Source: Mobula hypostoma (Eukaryota). From it: a stretch of DNA of 64,000 bases. The translations under genes and the position numbers were made by a program. The notes under the pieces were generated by a model. The model saw only the letters and a list, made by a program, of their open reading frames with translations, ran no database searches and was not told the DNA's origin. The DNA lies in NCBI RefSeq assembly GCF_963921235.1, contig NC_086097.1, forward strand, positions 119,352,001 through 119,416,000, in the 5' to 3' direction. Below are positions 11,614-24,188 of the stretch, one piece after another; position 1 is the first letter of the stretch; each line of letters begins with the position of its first letter.

Positions 11614-14600
11614 ATAGATAGATAAATAAGGGATGGGGTACGAAGGGGAGGTGGGGCATGAATGGATGTTAGAGAAGTCACTGTTCATGCCATCAAGCTG
11701 GAGGCAATCCAGACGGAATATAAGATGTTGTTCCTCCAACCTGAGTGTGGTTTCATCTTGACGGTAGAGGAGGCCGTGGATGGACATATCAGAGTGGGAA
11801 TGGGACGTGGAATTAAAATGTGTGGCCACTGGGAGATCCTGTTTTCTCTGGTGGACAGAGTGTAGTTGTTCAGCGAAATGGTCTCCCAGCCTGCGTCGGG
11901 TCTTGCCAATATATAGAAGGCTGCATCGGGAGCACCGGACGCAGTATGTCACCCCAGCCAACTCACAGGTGAAGTGTCGCCTCACCTGGAAGGACTGTTT
12001 GGGGCCCTGAATGGTGGTAAGGGAGGAAGTGTAAGGGCATGTGTGGCACTTGTTCCGCTTACAAGGATAAGTGCCAGGAGGGAGATCGGTGGGAAGGGAT
12101 GGGGGGGATGAATGGACAAGGGAGTCGCGTAGGGAGCGATCCCGGTGGAAAGCAGAAAGAGGGGGACAGGGAAAGATGTGCTTAGTGGTGGGGTCCCGTT
12201 AGAGGTGGTGAAAGTTACGAAGAATTATATGTTGGACCCGGAGGCTGGTGGGGTGGTAGGTGAGGACAAGGGGAACCCTATTTCTAGTGGGGTGGTGGGA
12301 GGATGAGGTGAAAGCAGATGTGTGTGAAATGGGAGCGATGCATTTGAGAGCAGAGTTGATGGTGGAGGAAGGGAAGCCCCTTTCTTTAAAAAAGAAGGAC
12401 ATCTCCTTCATCCTGAAATGAAAAGCCTCATCCTGAGAGCAGATGCGGAGGAAATGGAGGAATTGCAAGAAGGGGATGGCATTTTTGCAAGAAACAGGGT
12501 GGGAAGAGGAATAGTCTAGGTAGCTGTGAGAGTCCATAGGCTTATAGTAGACATCAGTAGATAAGCTGTCTCCAGAGACAGAAACAGAAAGATCAAGAAA
12601 GGGGAGGGAGGTGTCAGAAATAGACCAGGTAAACTTGAGGGCAGGGTGAAAGTTGGAGGCAAAGTTAATGAAGTCAACGAGCTCAGCACGTGTGCAGGAA
12701 GCAGCGCCAATGCAGTTGTCGATGTAGTTGGGGACAGATACCAGTGTAGGCTTGGAAATTGGATTGATCCACAAAGCCAACAAAAAGGCAGGCATAGCTG
12801 GGGCCCATACGGGTGCCCATGGCTACACCTTTAGTTTGGAGGAAGTGGGAGGAGCCAAAGGAGAAATTATTAAGACTAAGGACTAATTCCGCTAGATGGA
12901 GCAGGGTGGTGGTAGAGGGGAACTGTTTTGGTCTGGAATCCAAAAAAGAAGCAGAGAGCTTTGAGCCCTTCCTGATAGGGGATGGAGGTATATAGGGACT
13001 GGACATCCATGGTGAAAATAAAGCAGTGGGGGCCAGGAAACTTAAAATCATTGAAAAAATTCAGAGCGTGAGAAGTGTCACAAACATAGGTGGGAAGGGA
13101 TTGAACAAGCGGGTGATAAAACAGCGTCAAGGTATGCAGAAATGAGTTCGGTGGGGCAGGAGCAAGCTGAAACAATGGATTTACCTGGACAGGCAGGTTT
13201 GTGGATCTTGGGTAGGAGGTAGAAATAGGAAGTGCGGAGTGTGGGGACTATAAGGTTGGTAGCAGTGGATGGGAGATCCCCTGAGCTGATAAAGTTTGTG
13301 ATGTTGTGGGAGACAATAGCCTTGTGCTCCTTAGTGGGGTCATGATTGAGGGGTAAATAAGAGGAGGTATCCTTAAGACTTTTCTTAGTTGCTTTCTTTC
13401 CTTTTGAAAAGTTCCCCAATCCTTGAACTTCCCAATGTTTGCTACTTTATTTGCTCTCTCTTTTGCTGACTTTGACTTTCCTTGTTAGCCACGATTGCTG
13501 CATCTTTCCTTTAGAATGCTTCTTATTTGCAATTAACTAATCTTGCGCTTTTGAAATTATTCCCAGAAACTCCAGTCATTGCTTCTCTGCTGTCATCCCT
13601 GATATTGTCCCATTCCAATCAACTTTTAGCAAGCTCCTCTCTCATGCCTCTTGGTTTGACTTTGCTCCACTGTAATAATGATACACCTGATTTTAAGTGT
13701 TTCCTTCTCAAACTCTCAGAGTGAATTATTTTATATTATGACCACTGCCTCCTAATGGTTCCTTCAACTTAAACTCCCTAATCAAATCTATTTCATTACA
13801 CAGCATCCAATCCATTAGTGTACTCAACCACTAGCTGCTTGAAAAAAAAAACACCCTCTTGGCATTCTACAAACTCCTTTCCTTGGGATCCAGCACCATC
13901 CTGATTTTCCCAATCTAAAGTAGCTGGATATTGAAATCTCCCATAACCATCATAACATTGCCCTTTTGACACACTATTTTTTAAAATCTCCCTTTGTAGT
14001 TTGTACCCCATGCCTTGGCTGCTGTTTGGAGGTCCATATATAAATCCCACTGGAGTTTCTTAACTCTACCCTCAATCTTCTGATCCTATGTTTCTTCATT
14101 CTTAGGATTTGATTTCAGTTGTTAACAATGTAGCCATCACTCCCCACCTGCCTGCCCTTTCAATACAATGTGTCTCCTTGGATGTTAAACCCCCAGCTGT
14201 GATCTTCATTCAACTACAACTCTGTGATGCCCACACGTCATACCTGTGCATTTCTAACTGTGCTACAAGTTCATCTACGTTGTTCTGCATCCTGCATGCA
14301 TTTAACTATAACACCTTCAGTCCTGTATTCATCTCCCTTCTTTTACAAATCTGTCTCCATGTTGCATAGATTTCTTATCCCTTTCTAAAATTTCTGCTTT
14401 AATATTAATGTTGAAGATTAGTAATCTATCCAGCACTCTCCTTCCCTTTTACTTTATACATATTTTTCCAAGCTAATGAACCCACCCTGGTACTATTTAG
14501 ATTAAAACCCTATCCACAGCCTTATTTATGTGATTCAGCAGGACTCTAGTTTCAGCATGATTCAGAGGCCTAAATTCTGGAAATGTTACTCAAAGGCAAT

Positions 14601-15020
14601 GTTGGAGCACCTTCCTCGAAAAGACTACAGCTATTCAAGAAGATCATCACATCATCACATCCTGAGGACAGTTTAGTTTAGGCAATAAATGTTCTCAACT
14701 TACTGACACCCATGTCCTTGAAATTAATAAAAGAGGAAATATAGATGTTTCTCAGACACTGAACAACTTGACTTCAAATAATTCTGTAGGATTTATTGCA
14801 TTTTCCCAAGGGGTCAGGCACCTATTCTCCTTGTCATTTTCAGAGAGATGTTATCTCCAACATCAGAATACAATATACCCTAATTAGATAGGCTGTCTGA
14901 GGTTTTGTGTTTCAGTGTTTGGAGTCTGTTTTGAACTCTTAACCAATTGATTCAGGCCATGGCTGTCATTGATAATTCATGACAAAAAATGGGGATGAAG
15001 CTGACAGTTCTGAATGATGT

Positions 15021-15550
15021 ACCATAAGACCATAGGACATTGGAGCAAAATTAGCCCATTGGGTCTGCTGTGCCATTCCATCACATCTGATTTATCATCC
15101 CTCTCAACCCTATTGTCCTGCCTTCACTTGATAACCTTTGATACCCTGACTAATCAAAAACCTATTAACCTCCGCTTTAAATATACCCAGTGACTTGGTC
15201 TCCACATTCATCTGTGCAATGAATTCCACAGATTCACCACCCTCTAACTCTAAAGGGACATCTTTGTATTTTGCGGCTGTGCCCTCAAGTCTTAGACTCC
15301 TCCACTATTAGAAACATCCTTGCCATGTTCACTCAGTCTTTGCCTTTCAATAATCAATTGGAATGAGGATCCCTCTCAGTCTTCTAAACTCCAGCAAGAA
15401 CAGACCCAGAGCCATCAAACACTCCTCGTACATTAAACTTTTCATTCCTGAGGTCACTCTCACAAACTTTCAACCTCCTCTGGACCCTCTCCAATGCCAG
15501 CACATCCTTTCTTAGATAAGGGGCCCAAAGCTGCTGACAATATTTGAACT
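15021..15550 (-). mobile_element. CR1 3' fragment
   Basis: CCATAAGACCATAGGAC tail; similarity to 8913-9450. Confidence 0.8.
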
Positions 15551-15559
15551 GCTCACATC

Positions 15560-15993
15560 CTAACTGATTATATCACCGTCCGTTATGGAGGGGTCACTGC
15601 ATAGGATTGGAAAAAGCCGCAGAAGATTGTAACCTGAGCCAGCTCCAACATGGGTACTAGCCTCCTCAGCATCATGCCTCAAAAAGGCAGCATCCATCAT
15701 TAAGGACCCCCATTACCCAGTACGTGCCCTCTTCTTATTGCTGCCGTCAAGGAAGAAGTACAGGAGAGTGCAAACACAGACTCAATGTTTCAGGAACAGC
15801 TTCTTCCCCTCCACCATCAGATTTCGGAATGGACAATGAACCCATAAATACTACCTCACCGTTTTTTCTCTCTTTTTGCACTACCTATTTAATTTATTTT
15901 TTAACATAGTTACTACTTATTTAAATTTAGTAGTTTTTATACATTGCATTGCAATGTACTGCTGCTGCAAAGCAACAAATTTCACAACATACG
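15560..15993 (+). mobile_element. Rex1/Babar LINE 3' fragment
   Basis: Similar to 34970-35300 (CCATCATTAAGGACCCC...AGGAACAGCTTCTTCCCCTC). Confidence 0.7.
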
Positions 15994-16200
15994 CATAGAA
16001 ACATTGAAAATAGGTGCAGGAGTAGGCTATTCGGCCCTTCAAGCCTGCACCATCATTCAGTACGATCATGGCTGATCATCCAACTCAGAAACCTGTAGCT
16101 GTCTTGTATATACCCTGTATATGCCAGTAATATTAAACCTGATTCTGTATACTCCAAGTGCAGTCTGACCTATGCCTAAAAACTCCTCAGCATTATAAAC

Positions 16201-16844
16201 AACACACATCAAAGTTGTTGGTGAACGCAGCAGGCCAGGCAGCATCTCTAGGAAGAGGTACAGTCGACATTTCGGGCTGAGACCCTTCGTCAAGACTAAC
16301 CAAAGGACGAGCTAGTAAGAGATTTGAAAGTGGGAGGGGGAGGGGGAGATCCAAAATGATAGGAGAAGACAGGAGGGGGAGGGATGGAGCCAAGAACTGG
16401 ACAGGTAATTGGCAAAGGGGGATACGAGAGGATCATGGGACAGGAGGCCCAGGGAGAAGGAAAAGGGGGGGCTGAACCCAGAAGATGGGCAAGGGGTATA
16501 GTCAGAGGGACAGAGGGAGAAAAAGGTGTGCCCATCCTCTGAGTTTTTTCTTCCCCCCTCCCCCTTTTCCTTCTCCCTGGGCCTCCTGTCCCATGATCCT
16601 GTCATATCCCCTTGCCAACCACCTGTCCAGCTCTTGGCTCTATCCCTCCCCCTCCTTGGATCTCCCCCTCTCCCTCCCACTTTCAAATCTCTGAGTAGGT
16701 TTTCTTTCAGTTAGTCCTGACGAAGGGTCTCGGCCCGAAACGTCGACTGTACCTCTTTCTATAGATGCTGCCTGGCCTGCTGCGTTCACCAGCAACTTTG
16801 ATATGTGTTGCTTGAATTTCCAGCATCTGCAGAATTCCTCGTGT
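16201..16844. mobile_element. Penelope-derived fold-back element: inverted pLTR pair with 14-bp TSD
   Basis: Arms 16201-~16525 (minus) and ~16545-16844 (plus, with extra tail). TCAGCATTATAAAC at 16187-16200 and 16845-16858. A hammerhead motif in each arm. Confidence 0.9.
16713..16748 (+). ncRNA. Minimal type-I hammerhead ribozyme motif (intact)
   Basis: AGTC-CTGACGA-A-GGGT(CTCG)GCCC-GAAA-CGTC/GACT. Stem I AGTC/GACT; loopless palindromic stem III (ACGT); predicted cleavage after C16744. Confidence 0.85.
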
Positions 16845-17011
16845 TCAGCATTATAAACTTGTTTCCACCAAGCTTTTACATCTCAAATCAAAGGTGACCT
16901 TACAGAGGCAAATTTGATCTCACATTTAGCTATACGTACTTCATATCATCCATATTTCAGCATCTTGCACCTCGATTAAAATGAGCAATAAAATGGGTAC
17001 TGTAGTAAATG

Positions 17012-17238
17012 CTGGCAACACATTAAAAAATGCTTGAGGAACTCAACAGGCCAGGAAGCATCTATGGAAAAGAGTACAGTTGACATTTCGGCCCGAGACT
17101 CAAGTGTCCTGATGAAGGGTCTCGGCCCAAAGCATCCACTGTTTACTCTTTCCCATAGACGCTGCCTGGCCTGCTGAGTTCCTCCAGCATCGGGTGTGTG
17201 CTGCTTGGATTTCCAGCACCTGCAGATTTTCTCTTGTA
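17012..17238. mobile_element. Short Penelope-derived fold-back element
   Basis: Inverted arms meet at ~17101-17106 in the hammerhead region. TAGTAAATG at 17003-17011 and 17239-17247. Confidence 0.82.
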
Positions 17239-18054
17239 TAGTAAATGTTCCACGAGGTAGTACCCTCCATGTCTGTCCCAATCATTATAACCTATTATTG
17301 CGATAATGAAAAAGAGTTTGTTCTGGGTATAGGAAAGTGTGATTGCAGAATGAAAACCAGGAATAGAAAATTATTATCCCCATTCAAATCCAGGTCTGCT
17401 GGGGCCTGGAGGCTGCTAACAGCCTCTCCTGGGGGCTGAAGGCTGCAGACGACCTCTGCTGAGGGCTGGAGGCTGTAGACGTCTTCTCCTGAGGTTAAAG
17501 GACTGTGTTTGTGTGTGTGGAACAGGGCTTGTGTTGCTGTTGTTGCCTGGTATTTTAGTTTTGTTGTTCTTGTGTGTTGTTCTGCCGAGCAAGGTGGCCA
17601 TACTACATTGGTGCCTGTAGCACAGCTTTGTGTGCATCATGCACAAACATTCAGTCTCTTCCAAAAAGGAATAGACAATACTTACTCTGATTACACAGTC
17701 CAATTAGAATAATTAATAATACTTCATTTAAAATGGCACTTTAACACCAAAAGTAGTGGTAAAATTATTTTATATTTTCTGCTTTAAAGATAGTTATTAT
17801 ACTTCTGAGAAGACAAGAACTGAATGTGTGTGAATGAAAGCATTATATAATAAAAGTTTCTCACTTTAGGTTGGAATGGAAGCGAGTTTCTGCATTCCTT
17901 TATCTCAGCTATAAAACTGGACCCAGAAAAACTTTCTGTTCCACCAGTAGTAATGTGAAAGGCTACAAATTTCAATGTCACTACCATTCTTTAACTAAAT
18001 GAGTATTCAAAGCTAGAGCTGACCTTGCAAATGAAATAGGAGGATTGCCAAATA

Positions 18055-18591
18055 CCCTGTGGCCCATTTTATTAGGTTGTTCCTGTACCTAATAAAATGT
18101 TCATTGTCTTCTACTGCTGTAGCCCATCCACTTCAAGGTTCAACGTGTTGTGTTTTCAGAAATGCTCTTCTCACCACAGTTGTAACACACGGTTATTTGT
18201 GTTATTGCTGCCTTCCTGTCAGCTTGAATCAGTTTGACCATTCTGCTTTTACCTCTCTCTTCAAGGTATTTCTTCCAGTCACTGGAGGTTTTTTTTGTTT
18301 TTCACACCATGCTCTGTAAAGTTTAGAGATGGTTATGCATGAAAATTGCAGGAGATTAGCAGTCTCTGAGAGACTCAAACCTCCCCATCGGGCACCAACA
18401 ATCATTCTGTGGTCAAAGTCATGTATATCACATTTTTTCCCTATTCTGAAATTTGGTTTGAACAACACCTGAACTTGTTGATCATGCCTGCATGCCTTTA
18501 TGTATTGAGCTGCTGCCACATGCAGAGCTGATCATATATTTGAATTATCAACCAAGTGTATAGGTGTACTTAATGAAGAGGCCATTGAGTG
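18055..18591 (-). mobile_element. Tc1-derived MITE
   Basis: Degenerate TIRs; ORF remnant DFDHRMIVGARWGGLSLSETANLLQFS. Confidence 0.85.
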
Positions 18592-18694
18592 TATTTCGGT
18601 AATGAATTAAGTCATGTTAATATAGAATTTCCAGATATTACAGCAAATGTTAATTATTTTATGCTGTTGGGTAATTTAGCAATAATCTGGCTTT

Positions 18695-18995
18695 TGTGTT
18701 GGGACGTGGCCAAGTGGTTAAGGTGATCGTCTAGTGATTTGAAGGTTGCTAGTTTGAGCTTTGGCTGAGGCAGCGTGTGTGTCCTTGAGCAAGGCCACAC
18801 ATTGCTCTACGATGACACCGGTGCCAAGCTGTATGGGCCCTAATGCCCTTCCCTTGGACAACATCGGTGGCATGGAGAGGGGAGACTTGCAGCATGGGCA
18901 ACTGCTGGTCTTCCACACAACCTTGCCCAGGCCTGCGCCCTGGAAACCTTCCAAGGTGCAAATCCATGGTCTCTTGAGACTAACGGATGCCTATA
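18695..18995 (+). mobile_element. tRNA-derived SINE with 11-bp TSD
   Basis: A box TGGCCAAGTGG, B-box-like AGTTTGAGC, GTGTCCTTGAGCAAGGC central motif. AATCTGGCTTT at 18684-18694 and 18996-19006. Confidence 0.88.
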
Positions 18996-20879
18996 AATCT
19001 GGCTTTCAAAGAAGATTTATCCAAGTGTCAATTTTCATAGTTTCCTTTCTTTTCTAACTCAGTGTTCACAGAAATAGACAAAATCATCCTACGAGGTGCA
19101 TTGATAGACTGGGAAAGCTTCATTAAAATCATCAAAATTAATAAATATTGAATGCATTTGCAAAAGTCATGGAAATGCATCACCCTTGGAAATAACAGAT
19201 TTTATATACTAAACAATAGCTGGAACTCTCAGTAGGTGTTTGTTGTATTTTTACTGCTAACAATGTGTCAATCTCCATAGCAACAGGAACTCTATAAACT
19301 GTGGCCTCTGTTACTGTGTATAAATTTACAGTGTTAGCTAAAAAGAGTTTTCTGCAAGTCAAGGGGATCTTTTCATTGGCTTATCAAACAATTTTCCAAG
19401 TGTTGCGTTCCTGCAATTACTGCTTCACTTTCAGACAATATATCTTGTTAAGGCCGATTGCTGCCAGTATAAGCACAGGACTCATTTACCAAGATACAAA
19501 CCTATTGTATACATGTATTTTGTTTTGAAATGAAAGGAGACAATTTGGTGTACTGAGAACATGTCAGCCCTCAATAGAATCCCATCAATTCTGTTTCTGG
19601 CATGCTTCTCTGTAACAGCTTCTTCTCTTCCGCCATCAGATTGCTGAACAGTCCACGAACCCTTGAAACACTGCCTCGATATTTCTCTTTGGTGCTGCTT
19701 TTTTTTTTGTAATTTATAGTAACTTTTACACTTTGCACTGTGCTGCTGCTGCAAACAACAAATTTTATCCCATTTATCAGTGACGATAAACTCGACTGGG
19801 ATTCAGAACCATTCTCTCTCACGTGACCATTTACTGCACCCTCCCTCTGGTCTGATTTCCTTTCCTCCCTTCTAAATATCAGGCAATTTACAACTGACAA
19901 TTAACTTACCAACCAGCATGCTTATAGGATATGGGAGAGTTCGGAGCATCCAGCAAAACACACAAGGCTACAGAAGGAAAATGCAAACCCCTCACAAGCA
20001 AGAAGCTCTGAGGCAGCAAATCTGCATGCTGTGTGGTTATCGTATTCGCATTCTGATTTATTTATTCATCAGATGTACATTGAAACACAGAGTGAAATTT
20101 GTCATTTGCATTATCAACCAACACGTAAATCTGTGCTGGGGGCTGTCCACAAGAGTCAGCACACATACTGGCGCCAACATCTCATGCCCACAATGTTCAG
20201 CAGAGCAAGGCAGAACACAACTAGCAACACAACACAGCAACAGGACAGGCCTCCAGCAGACTTTTGGACTTGCAGACAAGGAGCCTCTGACCTTCATAGT
20301 TGACTCTCAGACTTGTAGAATCAGGGCTTTAGATATCAGGCTCTCATTTCCAGACTGATTGACCTTTGGTATTGAACATAGACTAGCCAACGAGAGGATT
20401 CTGAACTCCAGGCCTCGAACTCTGGACTCTTAGTAATGGTGTCATTAGTAGATTCCTGATAAACTCGGAGGGATATTGGCAATTTGATAACTGGTAATAG
20501 GTATATGTACTGAGATACTTGTAACATGTACCAAGATAGACTGAAAAGCTTTGTTTATGTACCGTGGGGTCAGATCATTCCATGTATTAGTACATCGAGA
20601 TGAGACAAAGGGAAAAAAATGCTTGTTACTCTGGATCCAATGCACCATAAAAATAGTGGAATAAACATAAAGAACGCAACAAAAAAGCAATAAACCATAA
20701 AATTTATATTTTATATAAATATAAAAGCAATACTATAAAACACAATGTTCAAGTGACTGAGTAATACAATCTTACATACATAGTATGAGTTTATATACAT
20801 TGCACAGACTGACTGGATGTACATAAAGTGACGCTAGGTGCAGGAGTATTTGTACATAAGTTAATTGACAGAAATTTAA

Positions 20880-22205
20880 AAAACAACAAAATGACTCTTG
20901 GCAAGATGAAGAAGTATTCTAAAGGCAGGATGACACAACTGTGGCTGACAAGGGAAGTCAAAGACAACATAAAAGCCAAAGAGAGGGCATATAATTGAGA
21001 AAAAATTATTGGGAAGTTAGAGGGTTGAGAAGCTTTTAAAAACCAACGGAAGGCAACTAAAAAGTCATAAGGAAGGAAATATGGAATACGATGGTAAGCT
21101 AGGCAATAACATTAAAGAGGCTACCAAAAATTTCTTCAGATATATAAAGGTGAAAAAAGAGGCCAGAGTAGATATCGGACCACTGAAAAATGATACTGGA
21201 GATGTAGTAATGGGGGACAAAAAATGGCGGATGAACTGAATAAATATTTTGCAGCAGCCTTCACTGTGGAAGAGACTAGCAGTGCGTCAGAAGTGCGAGA
21301 GTGTCCATTACTATGGAGAAGTTACTTGGGAAACCAAAAGGTCTGATGGTAGGTAAGTCACTTGGACCAGATGGTGTACACCCCAGGATAATGAAAGAGG
21401 TGGCTGGAGAGATTGTGGATGATCTTTCAAAAATCAGTTGATTCTGGTATAGTTCAGGAGGAATGGTAAATTGCAAATGTCACTCCACTTTTCAAGAAGG
21501 GAGAGAGGCAGAAGAAAGGAGGTTGCAGGCCAGTTAGTCTGAGCTCAGTAATTGAGAAGATGTTGGAGTCAATTGTTAAGGCTGTGGCTTCAGGCTACTT
21601 GGAGGGATATGATAAGATAGGGCAAAGTCAGCATGGTTTCTTTAAGGGAAAATCTTGCCTGACAAATTTGTTGGAATTCTTTGAAGAAATAACAAGCAGA
21701 ATAGACAAAATAGATCAGTGGATGTTGTGTGTTTGGATTTTCAGAAGGCTTTTGACGAGGTTCCACACATGAGGCTGCTCAACAAGTTAAGAGCTCGTGG
21801 TATTACAGGATGTGTAGAGCATTGGTTGATTGGCAGGAGACAAAGAACTAGAATAAAGGGCACCTTTTCTGTTTGCTGCCGGTGACTAGTGGTGTTCCAC
21901 AAGGGTCTGTGTTGGGACTGCTTCTTTTTATGTTATAGGTTAGTGATTTGGATGACAGATTTGATGGTTTTATGGTCAGGTTTGAGGACAATATGAAGAT
22001 ATGTGGAGAGGCAGGTAGTTTTGAGGAAGTAGAGAGGCTACAGAAGGACTTCCATAGATTAGGAGAATGGGAAAAGAAGTGGCAGGTTGAGTCAGTGGTG
22101 AGGATGGAAAATGCAATGTTAGCATTCATATAGAGGTGAGTAGAATACAAAAACAAGGATGTAATGTTAAGGTTTTATGAAGTACTGGTGAGGCCTCTCT
22201 TGGAA
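20880..22205 (+). mobile_element. Degenerate CR1 ORF2 fragment
   Basis: IGQSQHGFFKGKSCLTNLLEFFEEIT; RFEDNMKICG. Confidence 0.9.
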
Positions 22206-22540
22206 AATAGAATCTGATAGGAGAGTGTGGTAGAAGAGGAGAGTGGACCATGGAATAAAAGGAAAGGAAAAGATAAGGACAGGAACATCAGGGATGTGGG
22301 TGATGGGAAAACCAAAACTGTGGGGGAGGAGAACGTGAAGAGATGATATTATCTGGTGAAATATACATAAATAGTGACGATGGAAAATGGTTCCATAAAT
22401 TATAGAAATCAGTGTTCATGTAGTCAGGGTTGTACACTGCCAAAATGGAATATGAAGTGTTTTTCCACTTATCTGCATCTGAATATGGTGCTACAATTAC
22501 AGAGGAAGGGCAGAGCAAATAGACAATCAAATGCAAGCAA
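22205..22540 (-). mobile_element. Degenerate Penelope GIY-YIG C-terminal/3' fragment
   Basis: 22395-22510 resembles 11670-11780. Confidence 0.55.
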
Positions 22541-22596
22541 TATGACAAGATAGATGGAGAGATCAAGAGTTTATCTTTTTCTTTCAGGAGTCTTAT

Positions 22597-23486
22597 GTTC
22601 TATCACCAGACCTGTTCTCCCTGAACAGTGAAAACATTATGAGAACCATACAAGACCTACCTGGAATAGGTTTAGGAGGATACAATATCAACAACCTCCA
22701 CTATGCGGATGATACAGTACTGATAGCAAACAGTGAAGTAAATTTACAGAAACTAGTATCTACCATCAACACAGAGAGCGAAAGACTTAGCCTAACCTTA
22801 AACAAAAAGAAAACTGAAGTAATGGTAATAGCAAAGAAATCTGATAGCCCAAACTGTAGGATCGTATTGGGAAATTAAAACCTGAAACAAGTTCACAACT
22901 TCAAGTACCTTGGACCATGGGTAACATCTGATGGCAAATACGAAACAGACATAAAAGCAAAAATAGCAATGGCAAGAACAGCATTTACAGAAATGAGAAA
23001 CATCCTAACTGAACAAGAAAATAGCAATTGACATCTGCCTTAGAACTCTCAGCTGCTACATTCTTCCTATATTGATGTATGGCTGCGAGTCATGGACCAT
23101 CACAAATGCAATGGAAAAAAGAATCAATGTAGCAGAGATGTGGTTCCTCAGAAGAATGCTATGCATATCATATACAGACAGGATAACCAACGAAGAAGTT
23201 CTACAGAGAACGAAAACAAAACGTACATTACTTTAAAAAAACAGAAAACAGCAATCAAAATTCTTTGGACACATCATGCGAAGAGAGACATTAGAACATT
23301 TAGTTACAACTGGAAAGCTGGATAGAAAAAGAAGCAGAGGCAGACAGAGAATGAAAATGATAGATCGAATATCTTCATGGTTAGAAACAGGGGAGGCAAC
23401 AACTACAATTCAGAGGGTCAGGGACCGTGATGGATGGAGAGACATGATCGCCCACGCTGAACGGCAAGACTCCTGAATGAATGAAT
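22597..23486 (+). mobile_element. RTE-clade LINE, 5'-truncated, with TSD
   Basis: INNLHYADDTVLIA, FKYLG, MYGCESWT, GKLDRKRSRGRQ; (TGAA)3 tail; GTCTTAT at 22590-22596 and 23487-23493. Confidence 0.9.
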
Positions 23487-24188
23487 GTCTTATAACAGCT
23501 GATAGGAGTTGCTTCTGGACCTAGTGACTAAGTCTCCTCAAACTTTTGTACCTTCCTCCCAATCAAAATGGAGAGAAGAGAGAATGACTGAGGTGGATCT
23601 GATCCTAGATTATGTTGGCTCCTTTCTCAAGGCAGCTGTGAGTGTAGGCAGTGTCAATGGAAGGCAGGCTGCTTTTCAGGATAGACTGGGCTGTGTTCAC
23701 TACTGTCACAACCATGGGTCTGCTAGCCCTCACAGGTGGGCTACGGAGCAGGTTCAACAGTCACGCTCCAGAGTATGCATATTCCAGTCAATTAGTGTTT
23801 CAGTGTGGTGACATTTAACTCCCTTCTTCCGATTTCAGTTGTATTCATAATTGACCAAAAACACAGCATTGTTAATGGTCCCTGCTTGCCATTGTCCGAG
23901 TTCCAGGAAAGAAGACTACCATTTAGACTGACACTGTTAAGAAGCAGTTGGCAAGGGCCAATCAAAAGAAGTCAGGTTTAAGTGAAGTGGCCATTGTTAG
24001 AGGAAGCCAGAATAAGACAGGAAATCTGAGGCCTTGAGTCAAGAGGCTTTGGAAAGAAGAGGTGGAACTTAATGTATATTTCTGGTGAGTTTTGTTCTGA
24101 AGAGTGGTTGCTTTTCATTTTTCTGCCACTGCTCCCTTCTTAAAGAGTGGAGTGACATTTGCAATTTTCCAGTCATCCAAAACTATTC

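Larger units (their letters stand above)
10281..13367 (-). mobile_element. Penelope-like element (RT + GIY-YIG), 5'-truncated, frameshifted
   Basis: FYLLPKIHKP, FTMDVQSLYTSIP, GVAMGTRMGPSYACLFVG, YIDN, LPFLDL, VYYKP, GIY-YIG YCVRCSRCSLLYIGKTRRRLGDHF. TATCCTTA duplicated at 10273-10280 and 13368-13375. Confidence 0.93.
8913..14320 (-). mobile_element. Old CR1 LINE split by a Penelope insertion (parts 8913-10280 and 13368-~14320)
   Basis: CR1 3' end at 8913 and an LVRPHLEY fragment. Sequence on either side of the Penelope joins colinearly with the CR1 at ~21000-21140; endonuclease-region remnant GFIYGPPNS at ~14050. Confidence 0.8.

Noticed and set aside
16262..16297. Functional status for decayed hammerheads (also ~17106, ~35870, ~48516, 50616, 58863)
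   Set aside because: Core or cleavage-site substitutions, or a missing stem I strand; kept only as remnants.
18700..18770. tRNA gene
   Set aside because: A/B boxes belong to a TSD-flanked SINE head; no full cloverleaf.
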